Positions 12,771 to 24,652 of a stretch of DNA of 46,303 nt are shown here, one piece after another. Origin of the DNA: Octopus bimaculoides (taxonomy: Eukaryota); NCBI RefSeq assembly GCF_001194135.2, contig NC_068981.1, positions 174,839,096-174,885,398 on the forward strand, read 5' to 3'. Within the stretch, counting starts at the first letter, position 1. Each line of letters starts with the position of its first letter. The notes below the pieces were generated by a model. That model had not been told where the DNA came from. It saw nothing but the letters and a program-made list of their open reading frames with translations, and did no database searches. A program made the position numbers and the translations under genes.

Positions 12771-13759
12771 GGCCCAAATAGAAACACATCCACACACACA
12801 ACAAGTACCCTAAAACTTCGGTCACACGTACATAAACAACCTCATGACAAGGCGCGAAGGTACAATGGATTATTACTAGTCATAGACTGGTACTTATTTT
12901 TATCGACTCTTAACGATGAAAGGCGAACTGAAACTCGGCGGTATTTGACCACTGACTATTAAGTTGAAGATATGTTGCTAACTATAATGATTATAATGCT
13001 TTCTTTTATTTACCGCAGGAATATCGGATGAGAGGCATATAACAAAGACAGATTACAATTTGTACGGGGTTTACATAAAAGATGAGTACCTAACTACATT
13101 CTGTTTGCCCAACAATTCAGGAGCGTAGTAGAAGGGATATGGCCAAGGCATGCTGGCAAGAGCAGCAGATTATCCAATTCCATCATTGCAACTATTAGAA
13201 CCTACTTGGTAGTGTCGAAAGGTCTGAGGTTGCCCATGAGCACAAAACAATCTGACCTCCACTCCTTTATCAAGTATGCAGTTACTGCCGGTTAGTACAA
13301 TTTCCAGTACATCCTTGGTGCAAAGTGTGGACGGACATCTTCCTCCTTCGTACGATAATAGTGTTGACATACACTACTAGAGAAGTAAAGAAATTATGTG
13401 TACGCGATCACGTGAAATTGGGGGTTTGATAGGTTATGTAAATGTTGATGAGTGTTGTGTATACTTGTTAAAATAGGTGCGGTGTTTTAATTCTGTACAA
13501 AATCATTGTGATTGTATACTGCATATAATTATGCCTTCCCATAATTTCATAAGGAATATGAATCTAAGGTGGCTAACTGGAAATCAAAACGAAACTACAA
13601 TAAGTACGACTGTTAAATAAGATGTGCTGGAGTAGAAACAAATATTTTATTAATAAAATAACATCTGCCAAATACCTTGTCTTGGGATTGGTAATGATTT
13701 TAGATTGTGGAATGTTCTCGGCAGCTAAACAATAAATTCATATATATATATATATATTT

Positions 13760-13947
13760 CGAAACGTCTAGATAGAATAGAGACAGCTGATGAAGGGATA
13801 TTCCAAGGGGCTTTCCGTTTTCCTATGTGTTCGTTCCGTTGTCTGTAGTTTATTGTTCTAACGTCCTGTACCCTGATATGCATGTATATACACATGTAGA
13901 TGTAAGTATGTACATATATGTGTGTATACATGTATATATATTCTTTG

Positions 13948-13960
<13 letters not shown>
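13760..13960 (-). mobile_element. Non-autonomous dispersed repeat (partner of 8558-8735), possibly PLE-terminus derived
   Basis: Reverse-complement similarity to 8558-8735. The + strand also carries GAAACGTC and CTGATGAAGGG half-motifs at the left end. Confidence 0.65.
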
Positions 13961-13984
<24 letters not shown>

Positions 13985-14376
13985 TATATAGATAGATAGG
14001 GAGAGGGTGAAAGGAAGTACGAAACGTAGAAAAAGAGAACATACACAAAGATACAAACCATCAGACGCTCAAATAAAAATATGTTGTTAACTCCCTAGAC
14101 TATCATCACCATTATGAAACATTATGTGACGGTACTGCAAAAGTACCCCCTTATGGGTTCTCAAGCTGTTTAACAGTCAACCGAAAGAACTTGGCTACAA
14201 GATGATGACAGTTTTAAAGTAAGCCTCTAGGTGTTTCATTTATATCGCCTTTTCAGAAATTGCTCACAGCAGTCTTTGGCATAAAAGAAAAAGCATTATT
14301 TCAACAATATATATAATTACTTACTTCTAGTAAACAATGACGATGATATTAATAGCCATAACACTTGAAACGTGCA

Positions 14377-14414
<38 letters not shown>

Positions 14415-15506
14415 NNNNNNNNNNTATACACTAACGTACGGCACAACTTTCAGTGGAAGGCAGTAAAAGGGAAAATAAGTCGCTCCATTCGTCTGTAGAC
14501 TGGGGAGGCACCCTCGGAAAGATCTAGCAACCCCTTCATCTCCCGCGTCAGGAATACAGTAGTGACATCGGTATCAGGACTTTGGATAACTGACAAGCAT
14601 GTGGTCCTCGACCAGGGGCTTCAAGGTTATTGCGCCCAAGCGAAAGGTGCGTATCCTCAAACAATGGTTGGGTGTCAACTAGAGAGTGAGCTCCTACTGC
14701 ATAACGTTAGTTATACCCGTTGCTCTCTTGTACACTATTTGGCACAAAGCATGGAGACTTAGGCAGCCAGTTTGGTGGCGGCACACCACCAGCTCCGCCT
14801 TATTCAAAGACCAAATACGTTTCTATAGATATGTGTGTGTATCTTTCATTGTTCAGTTTTATTTCAAGATTTCTTATCAATACAGAAAGAGCTGGTATCT
14901 AACTTAGATTCGTGGCCCCTTCATTGGAATTTCAACATGAACAACAGAGTATTTTTGCATGTATGTAGGTATGTATGTATGTATGTATGTATGTATGTAT
15001 GTATGCATGTATGTAGGCGTGATGTGACGTGTTCGTATGCATAACCATGCACAAATATATAGACATCTGAAAGTGCATCGAATGCATTTAAGAAAATAAT
15101 AAAATTCACTACCATAAATGAAAGGTTGAAATGACTGAAGAACCGAGTAAACAGTGATAGATCGACGTCACTATCAACCTTGATTTCATATACATACATA
15201 CATACATACATACATACATACATACATAAATACATACATATATACTATATATATGCATATATACACACAAGTACACCGCACTGCTAACGCAAGGTAAGAT
15301 GTAATATTGTCTTGTCAACCTTTTATATACTTGTTAGTATAACATAGTTGCCACACGAAGTACAGTGTCATTGCCAGCAATTGATATGTGCGTCCAGTTG
15401 CCAGGAATGTGTTTAATATGTATATATGTCTAACCAGTAGTGTTACACCGCAAAACTTAGTGGTCTTTTAAGCAATGAGATCGTAGATTGTTCATAGGTT
15501 GGATGT

Positions 15507-15551
15507 GGTGCTGATGAAAGATCAATAACACTTGAAACATGCATATACACC
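15507..15551 (+). ncRNA. Near-intact type I hammerhead motif
   Basis: GGUG-CUGAUGA-AAG(AUCAAUAACA)CUU-GAAA-C-AUGCAU-A-UA-CACC: 4-bp stem I, intact cores, 3-bp stem II, palindromic stem III with one C.A mismatch at 15.2/16.2. Confidence 0.5.
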
Positions 15552-15678
15552 CAGTACCTAATTTTTTTCACCCCCGATCGCATTGTTTACATAGAGGTAT
15601 TCGTATACGAAACATTGTAACTTTTAGTGTTAGCTCTGAATTCTGCAAGAAATGTATGCAGAAATAAACTTAAAAGTT

Positions 15679-15699
15679 TATGTGTGTGTGTGTGTGTGT

Positions 15700-15751
<52 letters not shown>
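15679..15751. repeat. (GT)n microsatellite
   Basis: Direct reading. Confidence 0.95.
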
Positions 15752-15753
<2 letters not shown>

Positions 15754-16214
15754 CCGGTCTTGGGTGCTATTGGTAACATGTAACCCATTACAACTTGTTG
15801 CATGGTCGGGTCGGGTCCTCTGACAAGCTTGCATGGTGAGGAAGGTGATTGTCGGACACCCTGTACGATGTAGAGCAAGACATGTCAAAGAGCAGAAGAG
15901 CTGATGAGCAATCAACGGCCATCCAGCATTATGTGCACATGTATATGTATGCATATGTGCGGGGACGTGGAAATACCTGGGTTAGGGTCTAGGCGCGCAG
16001 CTGTCCGATTGGGAGCGGGGGATCCCCTCTTTTGTTATCCCAATATCTCTATAGGAAAGTGAATCTCTGAGAGAAATCCTGCGGCACTGACAGTATTTGA
16101 TGATGTAGACTAACTAGTTCCTCTTTTCGAGTTTACGTTGTCCATATTCAGAGAGTAGGATTGGATTTGTGCAAATCTTTTCCCCACTACAAAAAAAAAA
16201 AAGATCATTATATA

Positions 16215-16379
16215 GGCGTAGGAGTGGCTGCGTGGTAAGTAGCTTGCAAACCAGCCACATGGCTCCGGGTTCAGTCCCACTGCGTGGCACCTTGGGCAAG
16301 TGTCTTCTAATATAGCCTCGGGCTGACCAAAGCCTTGTGAGTGGATTTGATAGACGGAAACTGAAAAAAGCCCGTCGTA

Positions 16380-16438
<59 letters not shown>

Positions 16439-16558
16439 TATGTATGTATGTGTGTATGTGTTTGTGTGTCTGTGTTTGTCCCCCCAGCATCGCTTGACAA
16501 CCGATGCTGATGTGTTAACGTCCCCGTAACTTAGCGGTTCAGCAAAAGAAACCGATTA
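16215..16558 (+). mobile_element. tRNA-derived SINE, family B, 5' two-thirds (internal TA/TG microsatellite)
   Basis: A-box-like TGGCTGCGTGG, B-box-like GGGTTCAGTCCC, then GGCACCTTGGGCAAGTGTCTTC...GACGGAAACTGAA...(TA)n...CCCCGTAACTTAGCGGTTC, colinear with copies at 25020, 37430, 39141, 41915. Confidence 0.85.
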
Positions 16559-16559
16559 G

Positions 16560-17450
16560 CACAACCGGTCACTGGCTACTGTAGAAAAACGTAGTGTAAT
16601 GAAAAAGGGCCAGGGGATTTAGTTAGGAGCTATGTTGCTTGATTGGATATGCTGTGAAGCCGGGAAGAGTTGTCTTGAAGTAGGGAAGGTGTGTATTATT
16701 AATCTGGTGCTCCTGTGGGGGTAGGATGTGTAATATGTGTAATGGTGCCATATGCATAAATTTCTCCGGCGCTGTAGGTATATATATGTTCGTTGGACTG
16801 TTTTCTTTCTGTATAGGATACAGTCGTAGGGTGTTTTATGTTAGGGTGCAGTGTGTAATGTGTGTGCGTGTGTGCGTGTGTATGTGTATGCGTGTGTGTA
16901 TGTGTGTGTGTGTGTGTGTGTGCGTGCGTGTGTGTGTGTGTGTGTGTGTATGTGTAGTGGTACAGTCTGTATGCTGCAGTATGTGTTGGGTGGGTAGGAG
17001 TCTATTTTATGGGGTGTCCGCCTAATAGGGGCGTGCGTATCTGTACATCGGTGTATTGATGTGTACTTTGGTCAAACTCATTCTGCCAGGCGCGAGGGCA
17101 TTAGTGGAAGGTCGTTGGCGGAGGGTCGAGGCAGGGGACCTGTAATTGCACTCATGGTGGGGCGCGCAGGTACGATGGGATGTACTTCCTTTCATGCAGG
17201 CAAGGATTAAACACAACTCCTGCTATTCAGGTAGACATTCGGGAATTGGGTGCCTTTTAAAGTTGGTCTCTTATCACCCAGGCATAATCTGCTACTATAA
17301 ATGTAAGGTTTGAATTTTTCTTGGATCTTCCACTTTATGCTGTTGAAGGAAGATGTGTGGTTATTAAAGCGGGTTCTCAAGGAGACTTCCGTTGACCCCA
17401 TACATTTCCGCACGCTCGGTTGTCATTGGGTCCTGTTGCCGTTAGTTCTG
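16560..17450 (-). mobile_element. Penelope-like element remnant: C-terminal GIY-YIG endonuclease and 3' region
   Basis: Minus frame reads CMGSTEVSLRTRFNNHTSSF...WKIQEKFKPY...RLCLGDKR...YLNSRS, matching the YxGxT...RxxNH.SSF, WKI, CxLC and LNxRSE pattern of PLE endonucleases; frameshifted. Left boundary is approximate. Confidence 0.75.
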
Positions 17451-17472
17451 ACTTGTATACATATATAAAAAA

Positions 17473-17525
17473 TGCGGTGTTCCAGCATGGCCACTGTCAA
17501 ATGACTGAAACAAGTAAAAGAATAA
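17473..17525 (+). mobile_element. SINE family B 3' tail
   Basis: GCGGTGTTCCAGCATGGCCACTGTCAAATGACTGAAACAAGTAAAAGAATAAAA matches the tails at 25180-25240 and, reversed, at 39141 and 41915. Confidence 0.75.
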
Positions 17526-17687
17526 AATATAAGAGATATTGCAAGTTTTCTGATGCAAAGAGGAAAAACTAGAACTTAAAATATGAGTATATGTATATTA
17601 TTTATTAATATATGGCAAAGACAAGAGTGATTCAAGCGCCGCCAAAGCAAGAAACTCTCGGCTCGTGAGTCACTCTGCTACTACTGC

Positions 17688-17722
<35 letters not shown>

Positions 17723-19088
17723 NNNNNNNNNNNNNNNNNNNNNNNNNNNNNNNNNNNNNNNNNNNNNNNNNNNNNNNNNNNNNNNNNNNNNNNNNNNNNN
17801 NNNNNNNNNNNNNNNNNNNNNNNNNNNNNNNNNNNNNNNNNNNNNNNNNNNNNNNNNNNNNNNNNNNNNNNNNNNNNNNNNNNNNNNNNNNNNNNNNNNN
17901 NNNNNNNNNNNNNNNNNNNNNNNNNNNNNNNNNNNNNNNNNNNNNNNNNNNNNNNNNNNNNNNNNNNNNNNNNNNNNNNNNNNNNNNNNNNNNNNNNNNN
18001 NNNNNNNNNNNNNNNNNNNNNNNNNNNNNNNNNNNNNNNNNNNNNNNNNNNNNNNNNNNNNNNNNNNNNNNNNNNNNNNNNNNNNNNNNNNNNNNNNNNN
18101 NNNNNNNNNNNNNNNNNNNNNNNNNNNNNNNNNNNNNNNNNNNNNNNNNNNNNNNNNNNNNNNNNNNNNNNNNNNNNNNNNNNNNNNNNNNNNNNNNNNN
18201 NNNNNNNNNNNNNNNNNNNNNNNNNNNNNNNNNNNNNNNNNNNNNNNNNNNNNNNNNNNNNNNNNNNNNNNNNNNNNNNNNNNNNNNNNNNNNNNNNNNN
18301 NNNNNNNNNNNNNNNNNNNNNNNNNNNNNNNNNNNNNNNNNNNNNNNNNNNNNNNNNNNNNNNNNNNNNNNNNNNNNNNNNNNNNNNNNNNNNNNNNNNN
18401 NNNNNNNNNNNNNNNNNNNNNNNNNNNNNNNNNNNNNNNNNNNNNNNNNNNNNNNNNNNNNNNNNNNNNNNNNNNNNNNNNNNNNNNNNNNNNNNNNNNN
18501 NNNNNNNNNNNNNNNNNNNNNNNNATATATATATATATATATATATATATATACGGGTGCGTGTGTGTTTGTGTGTGTATAACACAAATGTATGTTGATC
18601 GTGTGTGAAATTCGGTATTTGTATATTTGTACACATCGACGTAGAAAACTGCCTTCTGCCCTCTCCAGTCTTTGCCGACTAACCTTCGGAGCAACAATGT
18701 TATTCTATTTTCCACAATTTTGCCTATGGGAGCTGACGACAAACACGCGCTCTCTAATAAAATAAACAGATATCACCTGATAGTAACCAAAATTAGGTCA
18801 GGAATGCAATATTTATGGTACACTTTTTAGTATTCCATCATTATATTTACGTATACGTGAATAAGTTTACACATGCATATATCAGTATATACAGACTGCC
18901 TCACAAATACAATATACAAAAAGACAGTTATATTGACATATAATTTACCAGACGCTCATTTACAACTCGGACTACACACGCATTTATATACGCATTGTAT
19001 AGCTCGAGGTAAATCCCTTTCATTATTAGTTCGTTTTATCATGATAAATTATAGTTATTAGCAGTGTTGTATTAATATTTGAGTATTT

Positions 19089-19303
19089 AAAGGCAGCGAA
19101 ATGGTAGAAACGTTAGCAGGCCAGGCGAAATGCTTAGCGGTATTTCGTCTGTCTTTATGTTCTGAGTTCAAATTCCGCCGAGTTCGACTTTGCCTTTCAT
19201 CCTTTCGGGTTTGATAGATTAAGTACCAGTTGCGTACTGGAGTCGATTTAATCGACTGGCCCTCTCCCTCAAAATTTCGAGCCTTGTGCCTAGAGTAAAA
19301 AAG
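19089..19303 (+). mobile_element. SINE family A, full length
   Basis: AAGGCAGCGA...GTTAGCA...GAGTTCAAATTCCGCCGAGTTCGACTTTGCCTTTCATCCTTTCGGG...TAAGTACCAG...ACTGGAGTCGAT; many copies in the window. Confidence 0.9.
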
Positions 19304-19464
19304 AATATTTGAATATTTAAAGGCAGCGAGCTAGCAAAAAAACTTTATATTATATACATATACATACACACACGCACACACGCACACATAATCTCTCTCT
19401 CTCTCTCTCTCTCTCACTCTCTCTCTCACTCTCTTTCTCACTGTCTCTTTCTCACTCTCTCTCT

Positions 19465-19497
<33 letters not shown>

Positions 19498-20159
19498 GCG
19501 CGCACACACACACACACACACACATTAATGATAATATAAAATATCACAGAACAAAATATGTGTATATGATCTTGTATATAAACATAGCGAAACGAAAATT
19601 GATATTCATCCACGCAAATGGATAGCTCTGGTTGCATGTGAATGTGTGTGCGTCTGTGCATCTGTGAGTGTATGTGTTTGTGTGTTTATAGATGTGTTTT
19701 CATGTATTTACGTTCTAGTGTTAGTTTTCACTAGCTTCTGTTGCTTAAGTTTTCATTCTTGCGTAGGCGAATTAAAATAGGTTTATTGTTTGTACATGTG
19801 ACAACATTTATATAGATGAATATATCTTTTATGAGAATAGGCAGTCGTATTTGATGTTGTTTACCTTTGTTTTTGTATTTTTCGCTTATGCATTTGTATG
19901 TGTGTGTTTCTGCTTGTGTGCTTATCTGACTATTTGGACATTTGCGTGAAATGGAATAATTGCGTGCCTGTAAGTTTACATCTAAAGCAACCAATACATT
20001 AATCTCCTGTTCAAAAGAAGACGCAGAAAGTAGTTACGGCTGAAGCAAAGTAAATGTATTTTAGTAAGTATGCATAAATTAATGGTTGTCTCTCGATCTG
20101 AGAAACACGGTTCCGCAATTTCTTGCTGAACAACCATCACAGATGATTTGTTTCTAGTG

Positions 20160-20360
20160 ATCAAATGTTTGTAGCACGCATAAGCTCATTCACACCGTCA
20201 AATTGACATTGGCTGCACACGGGAAATGTCTGAAGGGTGTCGCAGAGCAAAGTGAGATGAAGTGTTTTGGTCAAGAACTCAAAACATCGCCCTATCCAGG
20301 GATCGAACACACAATTTTGTAATCGTGAGTATAACACCATAACCTCTATGCCATGCGCCC
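20160..20360 (-). mobile_element. tRNA-derived SINE fragment (separate family)
   Basis: Minus strand: GGCGCATGGCATAGAGGTTA (A box) ... GTTCGATCCC (B box) ... TTCTTGACCAAAACACTT. Confidence 0.6.
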
Positions 20361-21211
20361 TAATCGTGAATATGCACACTATACACCAAATATATTATAG
20401 TTATAACTGTAAACACCAATACAAACAGATATAAATATTTGTACACAGAATAAGGTGGAACATATGATGGCCTGTTGTTACTTATGCATATACACAAGTT
20501 TAATCTGAAAATCCTCTTTATTTATCATACTACCTGAGGTTAGTACTAAAGGCGAGGAATTAAACAACTCTGTCGCTCTTATTTCATTCTGAAGAGTAGC
20601 TCTCATAAAGTAATTAGTTCTTATTGAGAGATCATCAAATGGAAGATTTCTACTATTGTCTGTGGATGTAATTATGGCATGTCGAGGTTGATACAGGTAG
20701 AAACAACAGACAGAACGACCAACATAAATACAGCTAACACAATCAACTCCTTCACCAACTTCCCAACCATTCTATTATGTCTATCAACAAAGGTATTATC
20801 ATATGCATCATCGCCGCCGCCAGAGTCGTCGATGTCGTTGTCGTCGCCAGAGAAGTCGACGCCCCCAGAGTCGTCGTCGCCGAAACTATAGTTGCCGGTA
20901 TGGTCGTATCACCCTGCGACACATTTATTTGCTTTAAGTATGAAACACAAATTTCTATTTTAAACTAACACTGCTTTTGTTGCATATAATCAGTAACGGC
21001 GGATTTTGTCTTGACATGCACTAAATACAAGATATTTGCTACTGACGAAATAAAATCATAGAGAAATCCGCATCCAGCAATGACACTACACCTGTTGAAT
21101 GACTTTCGTCTGTTACTGAGACATTTGTGTGTAACCATTTACATGTAATCATTACACATTTTAACCTGTCGTTCTCTTGTTTATCTACAAGCGAAAACGC
21201 GCGTATATACA

Positions 21212-21286
<75 letters not shown>

Positions 21287-21800
21287 NNNNNNNNNNNNNN
21301 NNNNNNNNNNNNNNNNNNNNNNNNNNNNNNNNNNNNNNNNNNNNNNNNNNNNNNNNNNNNNNNNNNNNNNNNNNNNNNNNNNNNNNNNNNNNNNNNNNNN
21401 NNNNNNNNNNNNNNNNNNNNNNNNNNNNNNNNNNNNNNNNNNNNNNNNNNNNNNNNNNNNNNNNNNNNNNNNNNNNNNNNNNNNNNNNNNNNNNNNNNNN
21501 NNNNNNNNNNNNNNNNNNNNNNNNNNNNNNNNNNNNNNNNNNNNNNNNNNNNNNNNNNNNNNNNNNNNNNNNNNNNNNNNNNNNNNNNNNNNNNNNNNNN
21601 NNNNNNNNNNNNNNNNNNNNNNNNNNNNNNNNNNNNNNNNTATATATATATATATATATATGTTCACATACGTGAGGTTAGGGAAGAGTAAATAATAACC
21701 CGAAATAATGTCAATAAGGAATCATATGTTTATCTATTTCCATATTGACATTGTATTTGTCATGTCTATGCTTACGCAATTTCTTTCCTCTCAATACAAG

Positions 21801-21949
21801 GAAAACTCAACGCTTGCTAAGCGCACAGTATAACATCGCACCTGATGCTGATCTGAAGAAGTGCTACTCTAATATTGAAAATCGCAAATATTACGTCAAT
21901 TTTTACAAGGAACTTTTCCATGAAATGGCATTGATGAAAAATTGCACAG
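21801..21949 (+). CDS. Candidate internal exon, unknown protein (KTQRLLSAQYNIAPDADLKKCYSNIENRKYYVNFYKELFHEMALMKNCT)
   Basis: Pyrimidine tract plus AG at 21799-21800; only one frame is open (49 codons, phase 2 to 1); weak donor CAG|GTGTTT. No family recognised. Confidence 0.25.
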
Positions 21950-22212
21950 GTGTTTTGTGTGTGTCCTTTTGTGTTTCATTTATTTTCCTGCAACGCAATT
22001 AAATGACAATGAATCACAATGGATATGCTTCTAGAATGCGGAAGAACCCCTTCAGAGCAGCAGTTTCTACCGTATTATTGTCACCTGTTATGGTATTATT
22101 GATTCTCCAAGTATTATCTACTGAGATGGTCACAATTAGCATTCAAGCATACATATATGGATGCATGCATGCATACATACATACATACACACACACATAC
22201 ATGCACACATAC

Positions 22213-22257
<45 letters not shown>

Positions 22258-22363
22258 TTATATTATATCAGATATATATATACTCATAGATACATGCTTT
22301 CATACACGCACACACATTTATATATANNNNNNNNNNNNNNNNNNNNNNNNNNNNNNNNNNNNN

Positions 22364-22394
<31 letters not shown>

Positions 22395-24172
22395 CACATA
22401 TATACATATATTTGTACATATATGTGTGTATATATACATATATGCATATATATATATGTATGCGTGTGTATGACTTGAATGTGGTGTCTCTTAAAAAGAT
22501 TTCTTTACATAGGTTTATACATTTATTTTGTTTGGTTTTTATTTGCTTTTTTCTCCTTTCTAATCCCTCGATTCTCCTTTAATACGTATTCGCTATTCGC
22601 CCTCGTTTCTTCCTTTGTATATATGATTAAATATGAAGTCGATTCAGCTTTGGTTCATTGCATGGAATTATCTGCATGAAGATTGTGTTTCTCTTGCTTG
22701 TAATATTGTCGCTGTTTTTTAGTTAATATCTGAGGGAGCGATAACTTCATTGATGTACTTCTCTTCTCCTCGCCTAAAAAGTAAAGAGGAAAAGAAATAT
22801 CGTTTATACTAATACATGGTGAAACCTTACGTCTGTCGTTGTTGTTTTCGGTTGTTTTAATTATTGTAGTTAGTTTTGTTGATGGTAGTGCTACAGCTTC
22901 TTTTCCATGTTCTATTTTGTCTTTGATTGGTTTTATTTCTGGTTTAGTTTTTACTTTTTCGTATTCCGTTTCTTCTACTTCCCGTCTTTCTATTCACCTT
23001 CATATCTTTATCTTTCCCTTGCCTTTGTTCCCATCTTTCCCGCGTCTCCAATATTATTTTTGTTATTTTCATATTTCTTCAAGCAATTGTTTTTATTTCT
23101 CGTCGTGATAGTCGACAGCATAATCATCATTGTCATCGTCATAGTTATGCTCATATTCATCTTTTTTCTTTTCCTTTTCTCATTTTTTCCCCATCCTCTG
23201 GGTCTAGTAATCCCATCTAATATGTTCACGGATCGATACAATATTGCGATCAGGAAAATAAGTCTTGCTTTTTTGTACCTTTGTCTCTGCTTTCTCTCTT
23301 TCCATCTTCTGTAACATACTTTCCAATAAAATGTTCAGCCGCTTTTCTTTCTTTTCCTTATTTTGTCTGTATCCAATAAAGACTATATTTATGCCACACT
23401 GGGATAAATATTGATTTTTCTGGCACAAGAAAAAGATTCTCAAATGTATAAATGGGGCAAGGATAGAATGAGATTTTGTGTAGTTCATGTCTATCATTAA
23501 GTTATTAACAATGTAAGTGAAATGAAATCGTTATAAACAGAGTTTACCTTGAGCAGTAGTTTAGGATATTGATTCTTTTGTTTACGATACGTTTATCTAT
23601 AAGACTCAAGTGTAATGTTGATTCTACTTTGATCTCGTTCAGGTTGATCAAAGATAAAGTCAACAGTGTTTGGTTTGATCCTGGAATTGAGAATAGATAT
23701 TATCGGACAGAGCCTCAAATTTGGTGGCAAATTACGTTGGATTGATATCATGAGCACTGATCTGTTTTGACTACGTTTAGAGGTAATATTTATCAAAAGA
23801 CTGCTAAACGCATGGATACAGAACTAATTTGACATGCCTTCTATCCCTGGGTAGTAAAAATTGTGACTGACGTTTTTTAAAGTTCGGAATATTGACGGAT
23901 CACGTCTAAATAATATAAGGTTTCAGAGCGAATCTGCCAACTCACACCTATCCATCCTATTGTAATATTAGATTTTAGGCAGTAAAATATTGTTTAGTAT
24001 TCAAATAACATTGAAATGCTGCCTGGACAGAAGAGGACGTGACAGTCAAATAAAGCACTTTACGTCCTGCAATTGCCGGCAATATACATCAGTAAAATTC
24101 TGGAACAGACTCACTCTTCTCCTTTCTGATAATTTCATTCCTGAGTGGTTTTAGAGTGTCAAAGTCCTAAAA

Positions 24173-24652
24173 GTGGTATGACCCATTACCGACGCCTCCA
24201 CCACCTACAGTGACGCCAACACTCCCAGCTCCAACAACAACGATGTCAATGGCACCAAGAGCAACAACAACAGCAAAAACAACAACAACAACAACAATAA
24301 CAACAACAGATACAGCACTGATAATACACGCCTACGGAGATACATTGGATGTTCCGGGAACTCTTTCAAGCAACATCTTTCCAACCACAAGTCCTCCTTC
24401 AGAGTTCCAGAAAGAAGATACGTAACATCACTGGCCAGCCACGTCTGGCATCTAAGAAACGATGGGATTTGATACTCGATCTCATGGAAAATCATCGAGA
24501 ACCCAGGTCCCTACATCAACGGGACGAAGTGTAGCAAGTTATGCACAGCTGAACGTGCGAGAATCCTAAAGGACTCACTTAAACCAGAGAATATCCTTAA
24601 CTCCAGAACGGAGATTTTCGGGCATGTTTACATTTCAGGAGATTCCTGCTAG
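24173..24652 (+). mobile_element. Penelope-like element GIY-YIG endonuclease relic
   Basis: RRYIGCSGNSFKQHLSNHKSSFRVPERRYVTSLASHVWHLRNDGI*YSISWKIIENPGPYINGTKCSKLCTAERARIL...LNSRTE, with YIG at 24341-24349; in-frame stops at 24179 and 24470. Confidence 0.85.

Noticed and set aside
13019-13380. Acceptor plus GISDERH...SGA* and a later in-frame ...LPPSYDNSVDIHY* (PPxY)
   Set aside because: Five intervening stops, about what random sequence gives.
13760-13810. GAAACGTC...CTGATGAAGGG as a type II hammerhead
   Set aside because: Stem I cannot pair and stem II needs an extra bulged A; at best a truncated remnant.
15895-15930. CTGATGAG...AACGGCCATC hammerhead-like core
   Set aside because: GAAA and stem II are missing and stem I does not pair.
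18728-18756. GAG-CTGACGA-CAAAC-ACGCG-CTC hammerhead-like core
   Set aside because: Stem II is absent and GAAA is broken; not foldable.
24470-24472. In-frame TGA in the PLE nuclease (selenoprotein-encoding PLEs are known)
   Set aside because: The position does not correspond to a conserved Cys, other lesions are present, and the nuclease is C-terminal; it is most likely an ordinary nonsense change.
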